Below are positions 9,301 to 18,666 of a DNA stretch of 64,000 nt, one piece after another. This DNA is from a virus. Lineage: Duplodnaviria; Caudoviricetes. The stretch's first letter is position 1; the number at the start of each line of letters is the position of its first letter. Both the position numbers and the translations under genes were made by a program. The notes under the pieces were generated by a model. The model was not told the DNA's origin. It saw only the letters and a list, made by a program, of their open reading frames with translations, and searched no databases. The DNA lies in IMG/VR virus record IMGVR_UViG_3300044658_000017, positions 24,639 to 88,638 of that record; one strand, given 5' to 3'.

Positions 9301-11201
9301 CTCTTGCAGTAGCTGGCTTTAAGTTTGAGCAGTTTAAAAATATGATGGATGTAGACTACTCAAAAGGGCTTAAAGATTGTGTTACCGATGGGGCAGTATT
9401 TGAGTGTATAGGAGATGATGTAGCCAGAGGAGATGATACTATCAGATGGTTTGGTGATAGAGTAAACTCACTCTATATAGAAAGCTCTGTACCTTTTGCT
9501 CTTCGTGACGGTATAACTTCAGGTGTGGTAGACTTTATTGATAGTCCTAATCAATTTGATGAGGATGGATATAGAAGTTATTTAACAGAGAAACTTACAA
9601 CCATTGATAGAGATCAGGGTTCAGGTAGATTATATAAAGGCTATGCTTCAGCAGAGTTTTATAGTATGAATCCTGACTATCAAAGATTCAATAAAGAAGA
9701 AGTATTTAGTCATCTGGATATAAGTTATGATTGTTGTAATGACCCTAAAGAAGACTTTTCTACAAGAGTATGGTGGTCAGAGCAATCATTTCAGGAAGAA
9801 ACTGTAGACAACTATAGAGTATTTCTACCTAATAACTTTAAGGATATTGAAGGAGAACATGGAAGTATTACCGATCTATTTAGAATGGGTAATGCTTTAT
9901 TTGTTCATTGTAAAGAAGTACTCTGGCAATTACCTCAAAATATTCAGGAGAGAGTTACTACTGAAGTAGTATCATTCATTGGTACAGGAGACTTCTTTAG
10001 TATACCTCCACGTAAAGTACTTGATGATAATCTTGGTAGTGGTGGAACACAACATAAATGGGCTAGTGTTAAAACAAAGTATGGTTTCATCTTTGTCAAT
10101 GAAGTTGAAAATAAAGTCTATCTATTAGGTGATAAACTAAGAGAAATAAGTAATGAAGGAGTAAGAAACTGGTTTGAATTAAACCTAAGATCATTCCTCA
10201 GTCAACAGTTTTATGTAGCACTAGGAGTTCCTTATCCAAATGATAATAATCCAGCTAATCCTTCTGGTACAGGTTATCTGGCAGCTTTTGATACAAGACA
10301 TAATAGATATATCTTAACTAAGAAGGATTATATTTACTTAGGAGATTTTTCAAAGATTGTTACTGATTTCGACCCTTCAAATAATTATCCTGTAGGCACA
10401 GTAATAATTGATGATGGAGGATTTGAAGAGATAACAAATATAGACTTTGCTTCTCCTGTAACTGTTGATACATCTGATTGGGTTAAAGATACAGTAGGTA
10501 ATATTAGTCCTTCATTGGGTATACCTGCTACTCCTGATAATCCAATACAACTGAACTATGGTAAGGTATACATGCAAAATGGTCAACTTATTTACGAAGC
10601 AAAGTCATTTGAAGATATAAACTTTAATGGTAATGATCATGTGAGTGACTTTATAAATGTATTTTTAAATTCATGCTCTGCTGAACAAGTAGAAGTTGAT
10701 ATACCAAACATACCATCTAAGAGGTGTCCTAACTTCTTCTCTGCCGGTGGTAGTGTTGCATATCAGGAGACTAAAATAGTGTTAGGATTAAAACCGGGAC
10801 AAGTTAAGTTCTTACTAAGTACTTATACTATACCTGATGCATTTAAAATATATTATGGAGAACCTTCTAATAATATCTTATTATGGAGTACTTGTTCACT
10901 GCCTTCTTCAGACCCAAGTACGTGCATGGTGTCTACAGATGGTTTAGCTGGTAATCCACATTATCAACCTTGTTCTACTGACCCTCAGGATAGTAATGTA
11001 AGTGGGCCTTATCAGGTAGCAATATTCTTTGACTATCCAGCTACTAATCCTGATGTTCAGCATGTAACTTTAGTTACTCAAGCTCCTTTATCTGGAACAG
11101 CATGGTCTTATAATATGGGGTGTCCTTGTCAGGGTGGTTTACCAACAGACCCTTCTGATATGACAACATGGAATTATTGTGAAGATTGTTCTACACCTTA
11201 A
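6387..11201 (+). CDS. Muzzle / tail stabilisation protein (P22 gp10-like), N-terminal part, with inserted C-terminal accessory domains
   Basis: 1604 aa. Start 'GLHNDNNPIDQPKGTHRFALNAV', 'RGYMPGEVHSFGIVY', 'WWSEQSFQEE..DNYRVFLPNN' and 'DTRHNRYILTKKDY' are muzzle-type motifs. Confidence 0.75.
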   Translation: MAKATQDQSQYKANVTKVYTGLHNDNNPIDQPKGTHRFALNAVNEANDGQQMNLSNERGTAISANLPDGFYILGDRYFENGEGVLILKNPITGKEEIGLVDRSDKYTTVVNTATLGLKMNHQCDIVFRIRRGRERVIYWVDGYNKARTFNFERQYEYYSNDYANYLAGGGDPNTYIGEKWDGSAFNLIKVAKSIPFFTDVSVIDVGSITPGSYNFAIQYVDSDLNPTDWLTTSMTVNIFNDSLDNAYYQIRGSRNSQTAVQSFDPANKSIKLTITNLDDNFPFYRVAIIQADGLTGQPVSVYASDVQSTSNSIFTFSGNTASLTKISLEDILIQNEVLFSPNHIEQIENRLILADTRGKGVNYCDFQKFASKISSDLVTKDIILNSTASDPNFKNAKSTFLYRGYMPGEVHSFGIVYVFDDGTLSPVFHIPGVSSSNINTSMVPYEVQNTIYESIHNCAKNNYWGVDSEGNSLVGHNVRHHRFPFRKDVGLPLFSRNGDTVTIQKFRLLFKVSLATGQTWPTNSDGSDKVITYKIIYKVGSTGSVVTLTKTLIKGDLDSDIVIYDNTDALGDVSGTAGTMPISGTVQEVLQIETGTLSDYVTSGVFTLSGSYTPYNAASVYNTDTSKIFGIQFSNIERPADNVIGFYIVRNERREDDKLIIDNAIFGPMTENSQYKSFGLLMPKQYYPVTKPCGGLIPVRNSGKTVSYYKRGVWFFNPEYQFFAKKTNFNGVNIQGMYLETGVNLPTRKEEYNGGLCSDFRGVYIEDVQPGTSYNSSVNKGSDSDGFDMIVGYRNTNVNYQNYTLTFPTFQNTFYLNAATYQNHNGDVLYNVSCDNKIGVMYFNSDINTDNFYNPTTKRNYLMYGALTKNNPSAYANFMSRPYYKEHNNPFLFGDSSILNGVAVYNGDAYISPITLSSTTFYDTLVAERKKKSRVWQIVVGAILTIAGVASLVLTAGASSALSIAAISYGVSLAVAGFKFEQFKNMMDVDYSKGLKDCVTDGAVFECIGDDVARGDDTIRWFGDRVNSLYIESSVPFALRDGITSGVVDFIDSPNQFDEDGYRSYLTEKLTTIDRDQGSGRLYKGYASAEFYSMNPDYQRFNKEEVFSHLDISYDCCNDPKEDFSTRVWWSEQSFQEETVDNYRVFLPNNFKDIEGEHGSITDLFRMGNALFVHCKEVLWQLPQNIQERVTTEVVSFIGTGDFFSIPPRKVLDDNLGSGGTQHKWASVKTKYGFIFVNEVENKVYLLGDKLREISNEGVRNWFELNLRSFLSQQFYVALGVPYPNDNNPANPSGTGYLAAFDTRHNRYILTKKDYIYLGDFSKIVTDFDPSNNYPVGTVIIDDGGFEEITNIDFASPVTVDTSDWVKDTVGNISPSLGIPATPDNPIQLNYGKVYMQNGQLIYEAKSFEDINFNGNDHVSDFINVFLNSCSAEQVEVDIPNIPSKRCPNFFSAGGSVAYQETKIVLGLKPGQVKFLLSTYTIPDAFKIYYGEPSNNILLWSTCSLPSSDPSTCMVSTDGLAGNPHYQPCSTDPQDSNVSGPYQVAIFFDYPATNPDVQHVTLVTQAPLSGTAWSYNMGCPCQGGLPTDPSDMTTWNYCEDCSTP

Positions 11202-11210
11202 ACTTAGAGA

Positions 11211-12338
11211 ATGTCGATAATAATGCAAGTAAATGTGTTTGCTGGATATACGAAGCAAATCACAGTTCCCGGTCTGGTACTTCAGGATAGTTGGAATGTA
11301 ACTTCCAGCTATCTTGCTCATGTACAAAATGTAAAAAGTACAGTACATAAGAAGATATCTTCATTAAAATTAAATACCGTATATAGAATTACTTATGAAG
11401 TATTTGATTATGTTAGCTGTTCAGTGTATTTAAAAGTGGGTACTCAAGAAGGCCCAGTAAGAACTGCTCCGGGCATATATACTGAGTATTATACAATCAA
11501 CACTGATGCTGATAGAACTCTCACTTTTGTAAGTGATGGAATATTAAAGATTAGAGGTATCACTTATGAAGAAAAACAATTTACTACTACTAATATTCCA
11601 TTTACAGATACAACTAAGTTTGAGAATAAATCGTGGACTTTAAGTTATAGTTTTTATAGTAATTCATGGATTAGTTGGCATAGTTATATGCCATTGTATT
11701 ATATTCACAATCAGGATAACTTCTATTCTTTTATAGGAGATAGTAGGATTCATAAACACAATATTGAGGGTGTCTTCCATAAATATTATGGTATTAGTCA
11801 TCCTTATATTATAGAATATGTTCCTCAGGCTTCCTTACAAACTAAGACATGGGAAGACCTTACCTTCTTAACTAAAGCAAGAAGATGGGATACTACAAAG
11901 AAGCAATATAATGATGAAAGGTTTATTACCTTTAATAAGATATTAGCTTATACAGATAGAGGGGCTACAGGTGAACAAAATATGATAGTTAAGGATATAA
12001 TGGGACAACCTCAAGACTGGCTATTTCATCAATTAACTAATACTGCTGGCACTGTACTTTTGACAAGGAAAGAAAGGGATTGGAACATGAATGAACTTAG
12101 AGATTATGTGGCTGACCCCTCATTACCGATATTTAGTAGTGCTTGGGCTGATACTCAAAACTTCTACTTCATAGATAAAGTATTAAATCAATCTAATATA
12201 GACTTGATGAAACAATGGGATAATGTAGAAATGTTAAGGGATAAATTCATTGTTATTAGATTAAAATTTGATAGTTTTGATAATGTAAACCTTATCTTCA
12301 ATTATTCAATCGAAACTGAACTGACCTCAAGTAGATAA
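11211..12338 (+). CDS. Muzzle C-terminal part, preceded by a CBM-like beta domain
   Basis: Contains 'FENKSWTLSYS...WISWHSYMP' and ends '...DKFIVIRLKFD', the usual C-terminal muzzle segment. Confidence 0.65.
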   Translation: MSIIMQVNVFAGYTKQITVPGLVLQDSWNVTSSYLAHVQNVKSTVHKKISSLKLNTVYRITYEVFDYVSCSVYLKVGTQEGPVRTAPGIYTEYYTINTDADRTLTFVSDGILKIRGITYEEKQFTTTNIPFTDTTKFENKSWTLSYSFYSNSWISWHSYMPLYYIHNQDNFYSFIGDSRIHKHNIEGVFHKYYGISHPYIIEYVPQASLQTKTWEDLTFLTKARRWDTTKKQYNDERFITFNKILAYTDRGATGEQNMIVKDIMGQPQDWLFHQLTNTAGTVLLTRKERDWNMNELRDYVADPSLPIFSSAWADTQNFYFIDKVLNQSNIDLMKQWDNVEMLRDKFIVIRLKFDSFDNVNLIFNYSIETELTSSR

Positions 12339-15300
12339 TGTACACTGGCAAGAAATATAAGAAATATGCTTTAGGGGGAGAGGGAGATAACAACCCTCCC
12401 TTAAAACTATATAAGCCAAAGGACACTATCAAGTATGTTCAAATTGATGATAAGAGAAAGATAAATCCAGCTACAGGAAAACCTTTTAAAAAGATAGGTT
12501 CAAAGAGTGTTAAGGTAGGCCCACAGGAGATTCAAAATATAATTGGTCAGGCTAAAGCTCAGGGAGTAAATCCATTGACTGCATTGGCTGTAGCTTTACA
12601 GGAAACTAATTTAGGACAGTCTGATGATAACTTAGGTCATGTTATAGGTAAAGATAACTGGAAAAATTTACCTAAAGGATTACCAGAAGACCAAGAGGCA
12701 GCATTCATGTTAGTTTCAACTTTAAAGAATAAGCTGGCATTAGCAAAAAGGTTAGGTTATGATAAGAAAGGAGAAGACTTTGCTTTACAAGCCTATAATG
12801 GATACGGAAATTTGTATCCTTCTACAGAAGCTGACTATCATGGTGGTAATCAACCTTCTTTTTATGAAATACCAGTAAGTAAGAAGAAACCACTTAAGTT
12901 AAGTGAAAATCCTGCTTATGGTAAAACTATCATTTCATTAAGAGATGAGCTACTTAAAAACAATGATACAATAAACGAATTAATAGAAAATACTCCTGCT
13001 TATAAAACTCAATATGCTATGGGTGGATTAACTTCAAATAAAGCTAAGGAAATACTTAGAGATGGTACTACCAATGGTAAACCTCTTACATTAAAACAAA
13101 AGAAGTATTTTGGTTATATAGCAGGAGGAGGAACACCTAAATATCCGACTGGTGGAGAAGTAGGAGAACCTAATCCCACTACTACTTCTACCACTCAAAA
13201 GTTAGACTCTAAAGCATTAAAGAAAAAATATGCTTCTAATCCTTATTTAGTGGGTGATACCAATAGATATTATTGGGCAACTCAACTTGATAGAGAATTT
13301 CCACTAACAGAAGGTAAAGTAAGAGATGCAGTTTATTCAGCAGCTAAAGCTAATAAAATAGACCCTGCCTTGTTATATGGTTCTGCTATGGAAGAGGGTA
13401 TGTCAGGAGCTATTGACGATAAGAATTGGGAGAATGCTTCAGAGGCTTATGTACAATGGTCAAATAAAAATAAGAGCAAGGCAGAACAATATCCTGTAGA
13501 TAGTTTCTACAACTATGGATTAGATCAATTTGCTGGTATGGCTCCGGCTCTTGTTAAGAAAGGATATTTACCTAAAGATTTTCAGAACAACTTCACAACC
13601 TTTGATGCTATGAATGAGAAGGACGAGAAGATAAAAGGTTCTGCTTTCAATACAGATGCTAATGCTCTCATGGCAAAAAGTGCTATGATGAGATTAGCTC
13701 AAGATCAACTAGAAGATTACTTAGGTAAAACAGGAACTAAACTTAGTGATAAACAAAAGCAATTCTTTCTTCTTGCTAATTATAATGGTGGAGAAGGCAA
13801 TATGCAAAAAATGCTTAATAGTTATAAACAAAAAGGCTATCTGAAAGATGATAAATTTCTTGACCCTACCTTTAAGCCAGATGCTTATGGTGGAATTTAT
13901 AAAAATGTAATGGCAAGAATGCAAGCAGCTAAAATGCTAAGAGATGAAGGAGTAATGAATGACTATTACAACCCTCCAGCACAACAACAGAAAATGGCTA
14001 CTGGTGGTGAAGCTGATGGAAGTGATACTGGTGGTCAGGGTTATGCAATGATGGGACAATTATTACCACAAATAGGTAATCTACTTACTACTCTTTTAGA
14101 TAAGCCTAGTTATAGTAATCAACCTTACGTAAACTCTCAAACAGCAAAAAATATGACTTCTCCTTATGCTATGGGTGGAGAACTTGATGATGTTGATGAT
14201 AATCAATATCAGGAGTGGCTTCAGGCTATGTTTATGAATCAGCTTATGAGTGATCAGGGACAGGGTGATCAGGAAGATGAAACCCTCAATGAAGGTGTAG
14301 CTGAGGATGATGATAATCTTGAAGAGGAAGGGAATGAAGAATTTGCTATGGGTGGTAAAGCAAAGAAAGGTAAGATTTATATTAAGCCTTCTAAAAGAGG
14401 AACCTTTACTGCTGCTGCAAATAAACATGGTAAATCAGTGCAGGCTTTTGCTTCGGAAGTACTGGCCAATAAATCTAAGTTTTCACCAGCAATGGTAAAG
14501 AAAGCAAACTTTGCCAGAAATGCTGCTAAATGGCATCATGCTATGGGTGGTGAAGCTGAATATGCTTATGGTGGTATACATATTAATCCTGCTAATAAAG
14601 GTAAGTTTACTGCTACTAAAAAGAAGACAGGTAAGACTACTGAAGAATTAACTCATAGTAAGAATCCTCTTACTCGTAAGAGAGCAATCTTTGCACAGAA
14701 TGCAAAGAAATGGCACCATAAAGCTATGGGGGATGAGATAGGTCAGAGTGGTTTAGTTCATCCTATGTTAGCAGCTATGGGTTACTATGCTGATGGTGGT
14801 GATGTACCTATTGAAGTAGAAGGTAATGAGATAGTACAAACACCTGATGGTCAAATGCAGAAAATGCAAGGGCCATCACATGAAGAAGGTGGTATTCAAA
14901 TGCAGGTTCCTGAGGGTACTAAGATATTTTCTGATAGACTTCAGATTGAAGGTAAAACCATGCAGCAAAGAAAAATGAGTAGAGAGAGGAGATTAAAGAG
15001 TGCTCAAAAGTACCTTGAGAGCAATCCTACTGATCAGTTAACAAAAAATAGCTTTGATAGAACTAAAGAAATAGTTGCAAGAGAGGAAGCTCAGGATATG
15101 GCTTTACAAAAGGCAGCTAATAAGATATATTCTGCTCCACAGAAAGCTGCTTATGGTGATGAAGTAGAAGCTGGTGGAACTGACCCGTGGAATGAATATA
15201 TTAACTCCTTAACTCCGGGTATACAAGCACAGATTCCCTTTAAGCTCGGTGAGAGTGGAGTAAATCTTCAAGGCTCGAAATTACCCTCTTCGGCTTATGC

Positions 15301-16060
15301 TGATGCCAATCCGATAAACACAGGTAGAATCCCTGTAAAAGCTCAAACCGGCTCAAATTTGAGTAATCCGGGATATGAAGATGCTAAAAATGCTCAGGAG
15401 CATAGTGAAGGTTTTACAAGCCCCGGTGGTCTTACTACTGGTGATTATATTGGCTTAGGTGCTAATTTATTTAATGCAGTAGCTCCTATCATTAATACCA
15501 AGAATGCAAGAAATGCTACCAAACCTCAAATGAACCGATTTGAAGGTTTTGGACATGAAGCAATGGAAGCTAATGCTAAAGCTCAAGGATTTGCTGGTAT
15601 TCAAGCAGCTAATGCTAAGAGAGATATAGATAGTGCTACTAACTCAGCTATTCTAAGAAATAGAATGGGTGCAAGAAGTGTCAATACTCAAAGAGCATTA
15701 GATACTGTAGCTGATATTAACAGAAATAAAGCTATAGGTGATATAAATGCAGGTTATGCACATGAAATGGAAGGGTTATTAGGACAGCAGGCTCAACTTG
15801 CAAATCAGAGAGATCAAGTAGTAATGACAGGTAGGACTATGAGAGATGAAAGGCAAGCTCAGGACACTGATAACTATTATAGTAACATGGCTCAGAACTT
15901 AACTAACTTTGGAACTAATATTGGCAATATTGGCAGAGAGTTGAATATGTCTCAGGCCAATAAAGATAATGCTTCATTGTTATCAGCAATGTCTGAGTAC
16001 TTTGATTTCGGTAGAGATAAAAATGGTAGATTGGTACTTAAAAATAAAAGCAAAAGTTAA
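12338..16060 (+). CDS. Modular virion cargo protein with two lytic-transglycosylase-like domains and repeated (Y/F)AxGG motifs
   Basis: 'GVNPLTALAVALQET...AYNGYG' and 'KIDPALLYGSAMEE...NYNGGEG' are SLT-like. 'EVEGNE...GPSHEEGGI' and two 'F.RNA.KWHH'-type modules are typical of crAss cargo. Confidence 0.7.
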   Translation: MYTGKKYKKYALGGEGDNNPPLKLYKPKDTIKYVQIDDKRKINPATGKPFKKIGSKSVKVGPQEIQNIIGQAKAQGVNPLTALAVALQETNLGQSDDNLGHVIGKDNWKNLPKGLPEDQEAAFMLVSTLKNKLALAKRLGYDKKGEDFALQAYNGYGNLYPSTEADYHGGNQPSFYEIPVSKKKPLKLSENPAYGKTIISLRDELLKNNDTINELIENTPAYKTQYAMGGLTSNKAKEILRDGTTNGKPLTLKQKKYFGYIAGGGTPKYPTGGEVGEPNPTTTSTTQKLDSKALKKKYASNPYLVGDTNRYYWATQLDREFPLTEGKVRDAVYSAAKANKIDPALLYGSAMEEGMSGAIDDKNWENASEAYVQWSNKNKSKAEQYPVDSFYNYGLDQFAGMAPALVKKGYLPKDFQNNFTTFDAMNEKDEKIKGSAFNTDANALMAKSAMMRLAQDQLEDYLGKTGTKLSDKQKQFFLLANYNGGEGNMQKMLNSYKQKGYLKDDKFLDPTFKPDAYGGIYKNVMARMQAAKMLRDEGVMNDYYNPPAQQQKMATGGEADGSDTGGQGYAMMGQLLPQIGNLLTTLLDKPSYSNQPYVNSQTAKNMTSPYAMGGELDDVDDNQYQEWLQAMFMNQLMSDQGQGDQEDETLNEGVAEDDDNLEEEGNEEFAMGGKAKKGKIYIKPSKRGTFTAAANKHGKSVQAFASEVLANKSKFSPAMVKKANFARNAAKWHHAMGGEAEYAYGGIHINPANKGKFTATKKKTGKTTEELTHSKNPLTRKRAIFAQNAKKWHHKAMGDEIGQSGLVHPMLAAMGYYADGGDVPIEVEGNEIVQTPDGQMQKMQGPSHEEGGIQMQVPEGTKIFSDRLQIEGKTMQQRKMSRERRLKSAQKYLESNPTDQLTKNSFDRTKEIVAREEAQDMALQKAANKIYSAPQKAAYGDEVEAGGTDPWNEYINSLTPGIQAQIPFKLGESGVNLQGSKLPSSAYADANPINTGRIPVKAQTGSNLSNPGYEDAKNAQEHSEGFTSPGGLTTGDYIGLGANLFNAVAPIINTKNARNATKPQMNRFEGFGHEAMEANAKAQGFAGIQAANAKRDIDSATNSAILRNRMGARSVNTQRALDTVADINRNKAIGDINAGYAHEMEGLLGQQAQLANQRDQVVMTGRTMRDERQAQDTDNYYSNMAQNLTNFGTNIGNIGRELNMSQANKDNASLLSAMSEYFDFGRDKNGRLVLKNKSKS

Positions 16061-18663
16061 TGGGAAGGTTCTATAAGACAGCAAATGCTAATCCTATGGA
16101 TTATATGTATCAGTTGAATCTACCACTGATGCAGAATGTGCTTGCAGCTAATGAAGCTGGTTTAAATAATGAACTTAATCAAGCAGATCAAATAGGTTCT
16201 CTTGCTGAAAAGTTTAATTATCTTACTCCTGATTCTGATAGAGCTAAACAGATAATGGATAGTTATAATAAGCAGGTAGATGACTTAAGTAGGTCTATAC
16301 AGACAGACCCTTTAAGTTGGAGAAAGAAAAAGGGAGAATTAAAAGCTCTTGGTAGGAAATTAGAGACTGATTATCGAGCAGGTGAAATTAGCAAGATAGC
16401 AGGTAACTATGCTCGATACAAAGAACTTGATGACTACATTACTAAAAGGGAGGAAGCAGGTAAACTTTCTCCATACGAAGGACAAGTATTTCGTCAAAAG
16501 GCTCTTGAAAGTCTTAAAGAAGGAACAAGTTATAACCCTCAAACAGGGCAATATAATTTGCTTAATGCCGTCAAGCCAATGGATACTATTGATATTCGTG
16601 AAAGATTATCTAAATTCATTGACAACATGAAGGCTAATGAGGGATTAGAGTGGGATACTCAGGCAGGTCAGTACTTTAAGAAGACTACTAAAGGAAAGGA
16701 GTATATATCACCAGAAAGAATTATAGAGACTGCTATGAGTGGTCTTATGGGTGATAATGAACTTCAACAGTATCTTAAGCAAAGAACTGATTTTGGATTA
16801 ATGAAGGGAGTATATGACAAAGAAGGTAAGTTTATTAGTCCATATAACTACGTGATGAATCCTGCTAATGAGATTGAGAAGCAACAAATAGCTACACTTC
16901 AAAATCAAATTAATCAGGCAAGGAAAACTAATCCTACTGTAGCTGATCAACTTCAGCAAGAACTTGATGCCAAAGTTCAAGGATTAAGTTCGAGAACTAA
17001 ACTTCAGGCAAATAGAGAGAGTTCTTTAATGCCTATTATTGCATCACTTGCTGGTGAATACAGTTATGAAAAAGTAAAAGAAGGAATAGACTTAAAAAAT
17101 AATAGTCTTTATAATCTTGGAATCAATCTTGATTTTCAAGGTAAACAAAAGGCTTTGGACAGAGCACAAAAAGAAGACTTCTTCAATGCAAGACAAAAGC
17201 AGGCAGAACAATTCCATAAAGATGTTATGGAACTTGGCTGGTATAAGGCTATGAATCCACCACAAAGAGGAACGGGTTCAAAAGCTACTGCTAAAGCTGG
17301 AAGTAAAACAAAAGTTGAAGAAACTCCTACACCAACAAGTGTGGGTGCTCAGGATGCTACACCGTGGTTTGGAGATAAGTTCTATACTAATGCTGGCTTA
17401 AGTGAAACTCTTGATCAGGGTAAGAAGGATATGGATAGTTTAAGCAATAAGATTAAGGGTTATCAAACTGAACTAATAAATACTCTTAGAGGTAGAAGTA
17501 TTGATCAACTTACTCCACAGGAAAGAGCACAAGTTGATAAACTTAATATGGGTTTACAGAATGCTCAAAATCAATTGCAGGATAGAGCTTCTACTACAGA
17601 TCAAGCAAGACAGTGGTATAATCAATCAGTAGATTATGCTTTAAGAAGTCCTGATGCTAGTAAGAGATTTAATATTTCAGATAAAGATAGAGAACTTTAT
17701 GCACAATTTGGTAGTGATAGAATGGCTCAAAAGCTGAAAGAAGATATTGATAGAAGTGCAGAAAGTCAATATGTATTCCCCGGTGCTCACAAAGGAACAG
17801 TGGGTTGGTTTGGTAGAAACATAACTGAAGATGACCCTGAACTCTTACAAAAAAGACAACTATTAACTGACTATCTTTCTGCTAAAGAAAGAATTGATAA
17901 GGCAAGAGATTTCTATTTACAAAAAGCAAGAGAAACTACTAATCAGGCACCTACTATTGAATTTGGTAGTGAAGATAAGAAGGCTATTGGAGCTTTACTA
18001 AACAATAAAACACATGGCCTTCAATTATTCGACTCTAAAGGTAACGAAGGTGCCGGTATGGATTTAGGTAATGAATCAGCTACCTTTAGAGATGGTTCAT
18101 TGCAAAAATATATACAGTCACATAATGGAGAAATAGAATGGCTTGGTGTGTCTCCTTCTTTGGGCTTTGATGAAGGTAAAACTGGTGCTGTAGTAAGAAT
18201 ACGTGTAAAAAACAAAGATAAATCCAAAAATTCTGTAGGTGATATTCCTTCTGATAAAGACTTATATGTAACTTTAGACCCTGACAGTCAGCAAGCTATT
18301 GGTCTTAAATATGCCACTGATAAAAACCCTGAAATTGCTTCATTAGGACAGAAGTTACTTAATGCAAGAGATCAGCAGATTAGGAATAAGTTCATGGATA
18401 TAAGAAATGGCATTAATCCACAGACAGGAGAATATGGCCCTGCTAAAACAGTTCAAATACCAGTACCGGGGGGTAGTGTTCCAGTAACTGTTCGTAGTTT
18501 CTACAGAGGAGATGGAGAGTATGATTACTATGTTACACTGAAAAAATCCGATGGTACAGAAGTTCCTATGAAATCCAGTGGTTCAACAAATGGCTTTTTT
18601 GATAGTATAGACCAGTTTATACAGGACTTTAACCAGAATTACCAGAACAAAACATTCGATTAA
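16060..18663 (+). CDS. Large ejected / internal virion protein upstream of the RNAP
   Basis: 867 aa, largely helical. First of three large tandem genes, the typical crAss arrangement around the vRNAP. Confidence 0.6.
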   Translation: MGRFYKTANANPMDYMYQLNLPLMQNVLAANEAGLNNELNQADQIGSLAEKFNYLTPDSDRAKQIMDSYNKQVDDLSRSIQTDPLSWRKKKGELKALGRKLETDYRAGEISKIAGNYARYKELDDYITKREEAGKLSPYEGQVFRQKALESLKEGTSYNPQTGQYNLLNAVKPMDTIDIRERLSKFIDNMKANEGLEWDTQAGQYFKKTTKGKEYISPERIIETAMSGLMGDNELQQYLKQRTDFGLMKGVYDKEGKFISPYNYVMNPANEIEKQQIATLQNQINQARKTNPTVADQLQQELDAKVQGLSSRTKLQANRESSLMPIIASLAGEYSYEKVKEGIDLKNNSLYNLGINLDFQGKQKALDRAQKEDFFNARQKQAEQFHKDVMELGWYKAMNPPQRGTGSKATAKAGSKTKVEETPTPTSVGAQDATPWFGDKFYTNAGLSETLDQGKKDMDSLSNKIKGYQTELINTLRGRSIDQLTPQERAQVDKLNMGLQNAQNQLQDRASTTDQARQWYNQSVDYALRSPDASKRFNISDKDRELYAQFGSDRMAQKLKEDIDRSAESQYVFPGAHKGTVGWFGRNITEDDPELLQKRQLLTDYLSAKERIDKARDFYLQKARETTNQAPTIEFGSEDKKAIGALLNNKTHGLQLFDSKGNEGAGMDLGNESATFRDGSLQKYIQSHNGEIEWLGVSPSLGFDEGKTGAVVRIRVKNKDKSKNSVGDIPSDKDLYVTLDPDSQQAIGLKYATDKNPEIASLGQKLLNARDQQIRNKFMDIRNGINPQTGEYGPAKTVQIPVPGGSVPVTVRSFYRGDGEYDYYVTLKKSDGTEVPMKSSGSTNGFFDSIDQFIQDFNQNYQNKTFD

Positions 18664-18666
18664 GAT

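Noticed and set aside
11199-11213. Readthrough joining the two in-frame muzzle ORFs
   Set aside because: Two stops (TAA, then TAG) lie in frame before the next ATG, so a single suppression event would not suffice.
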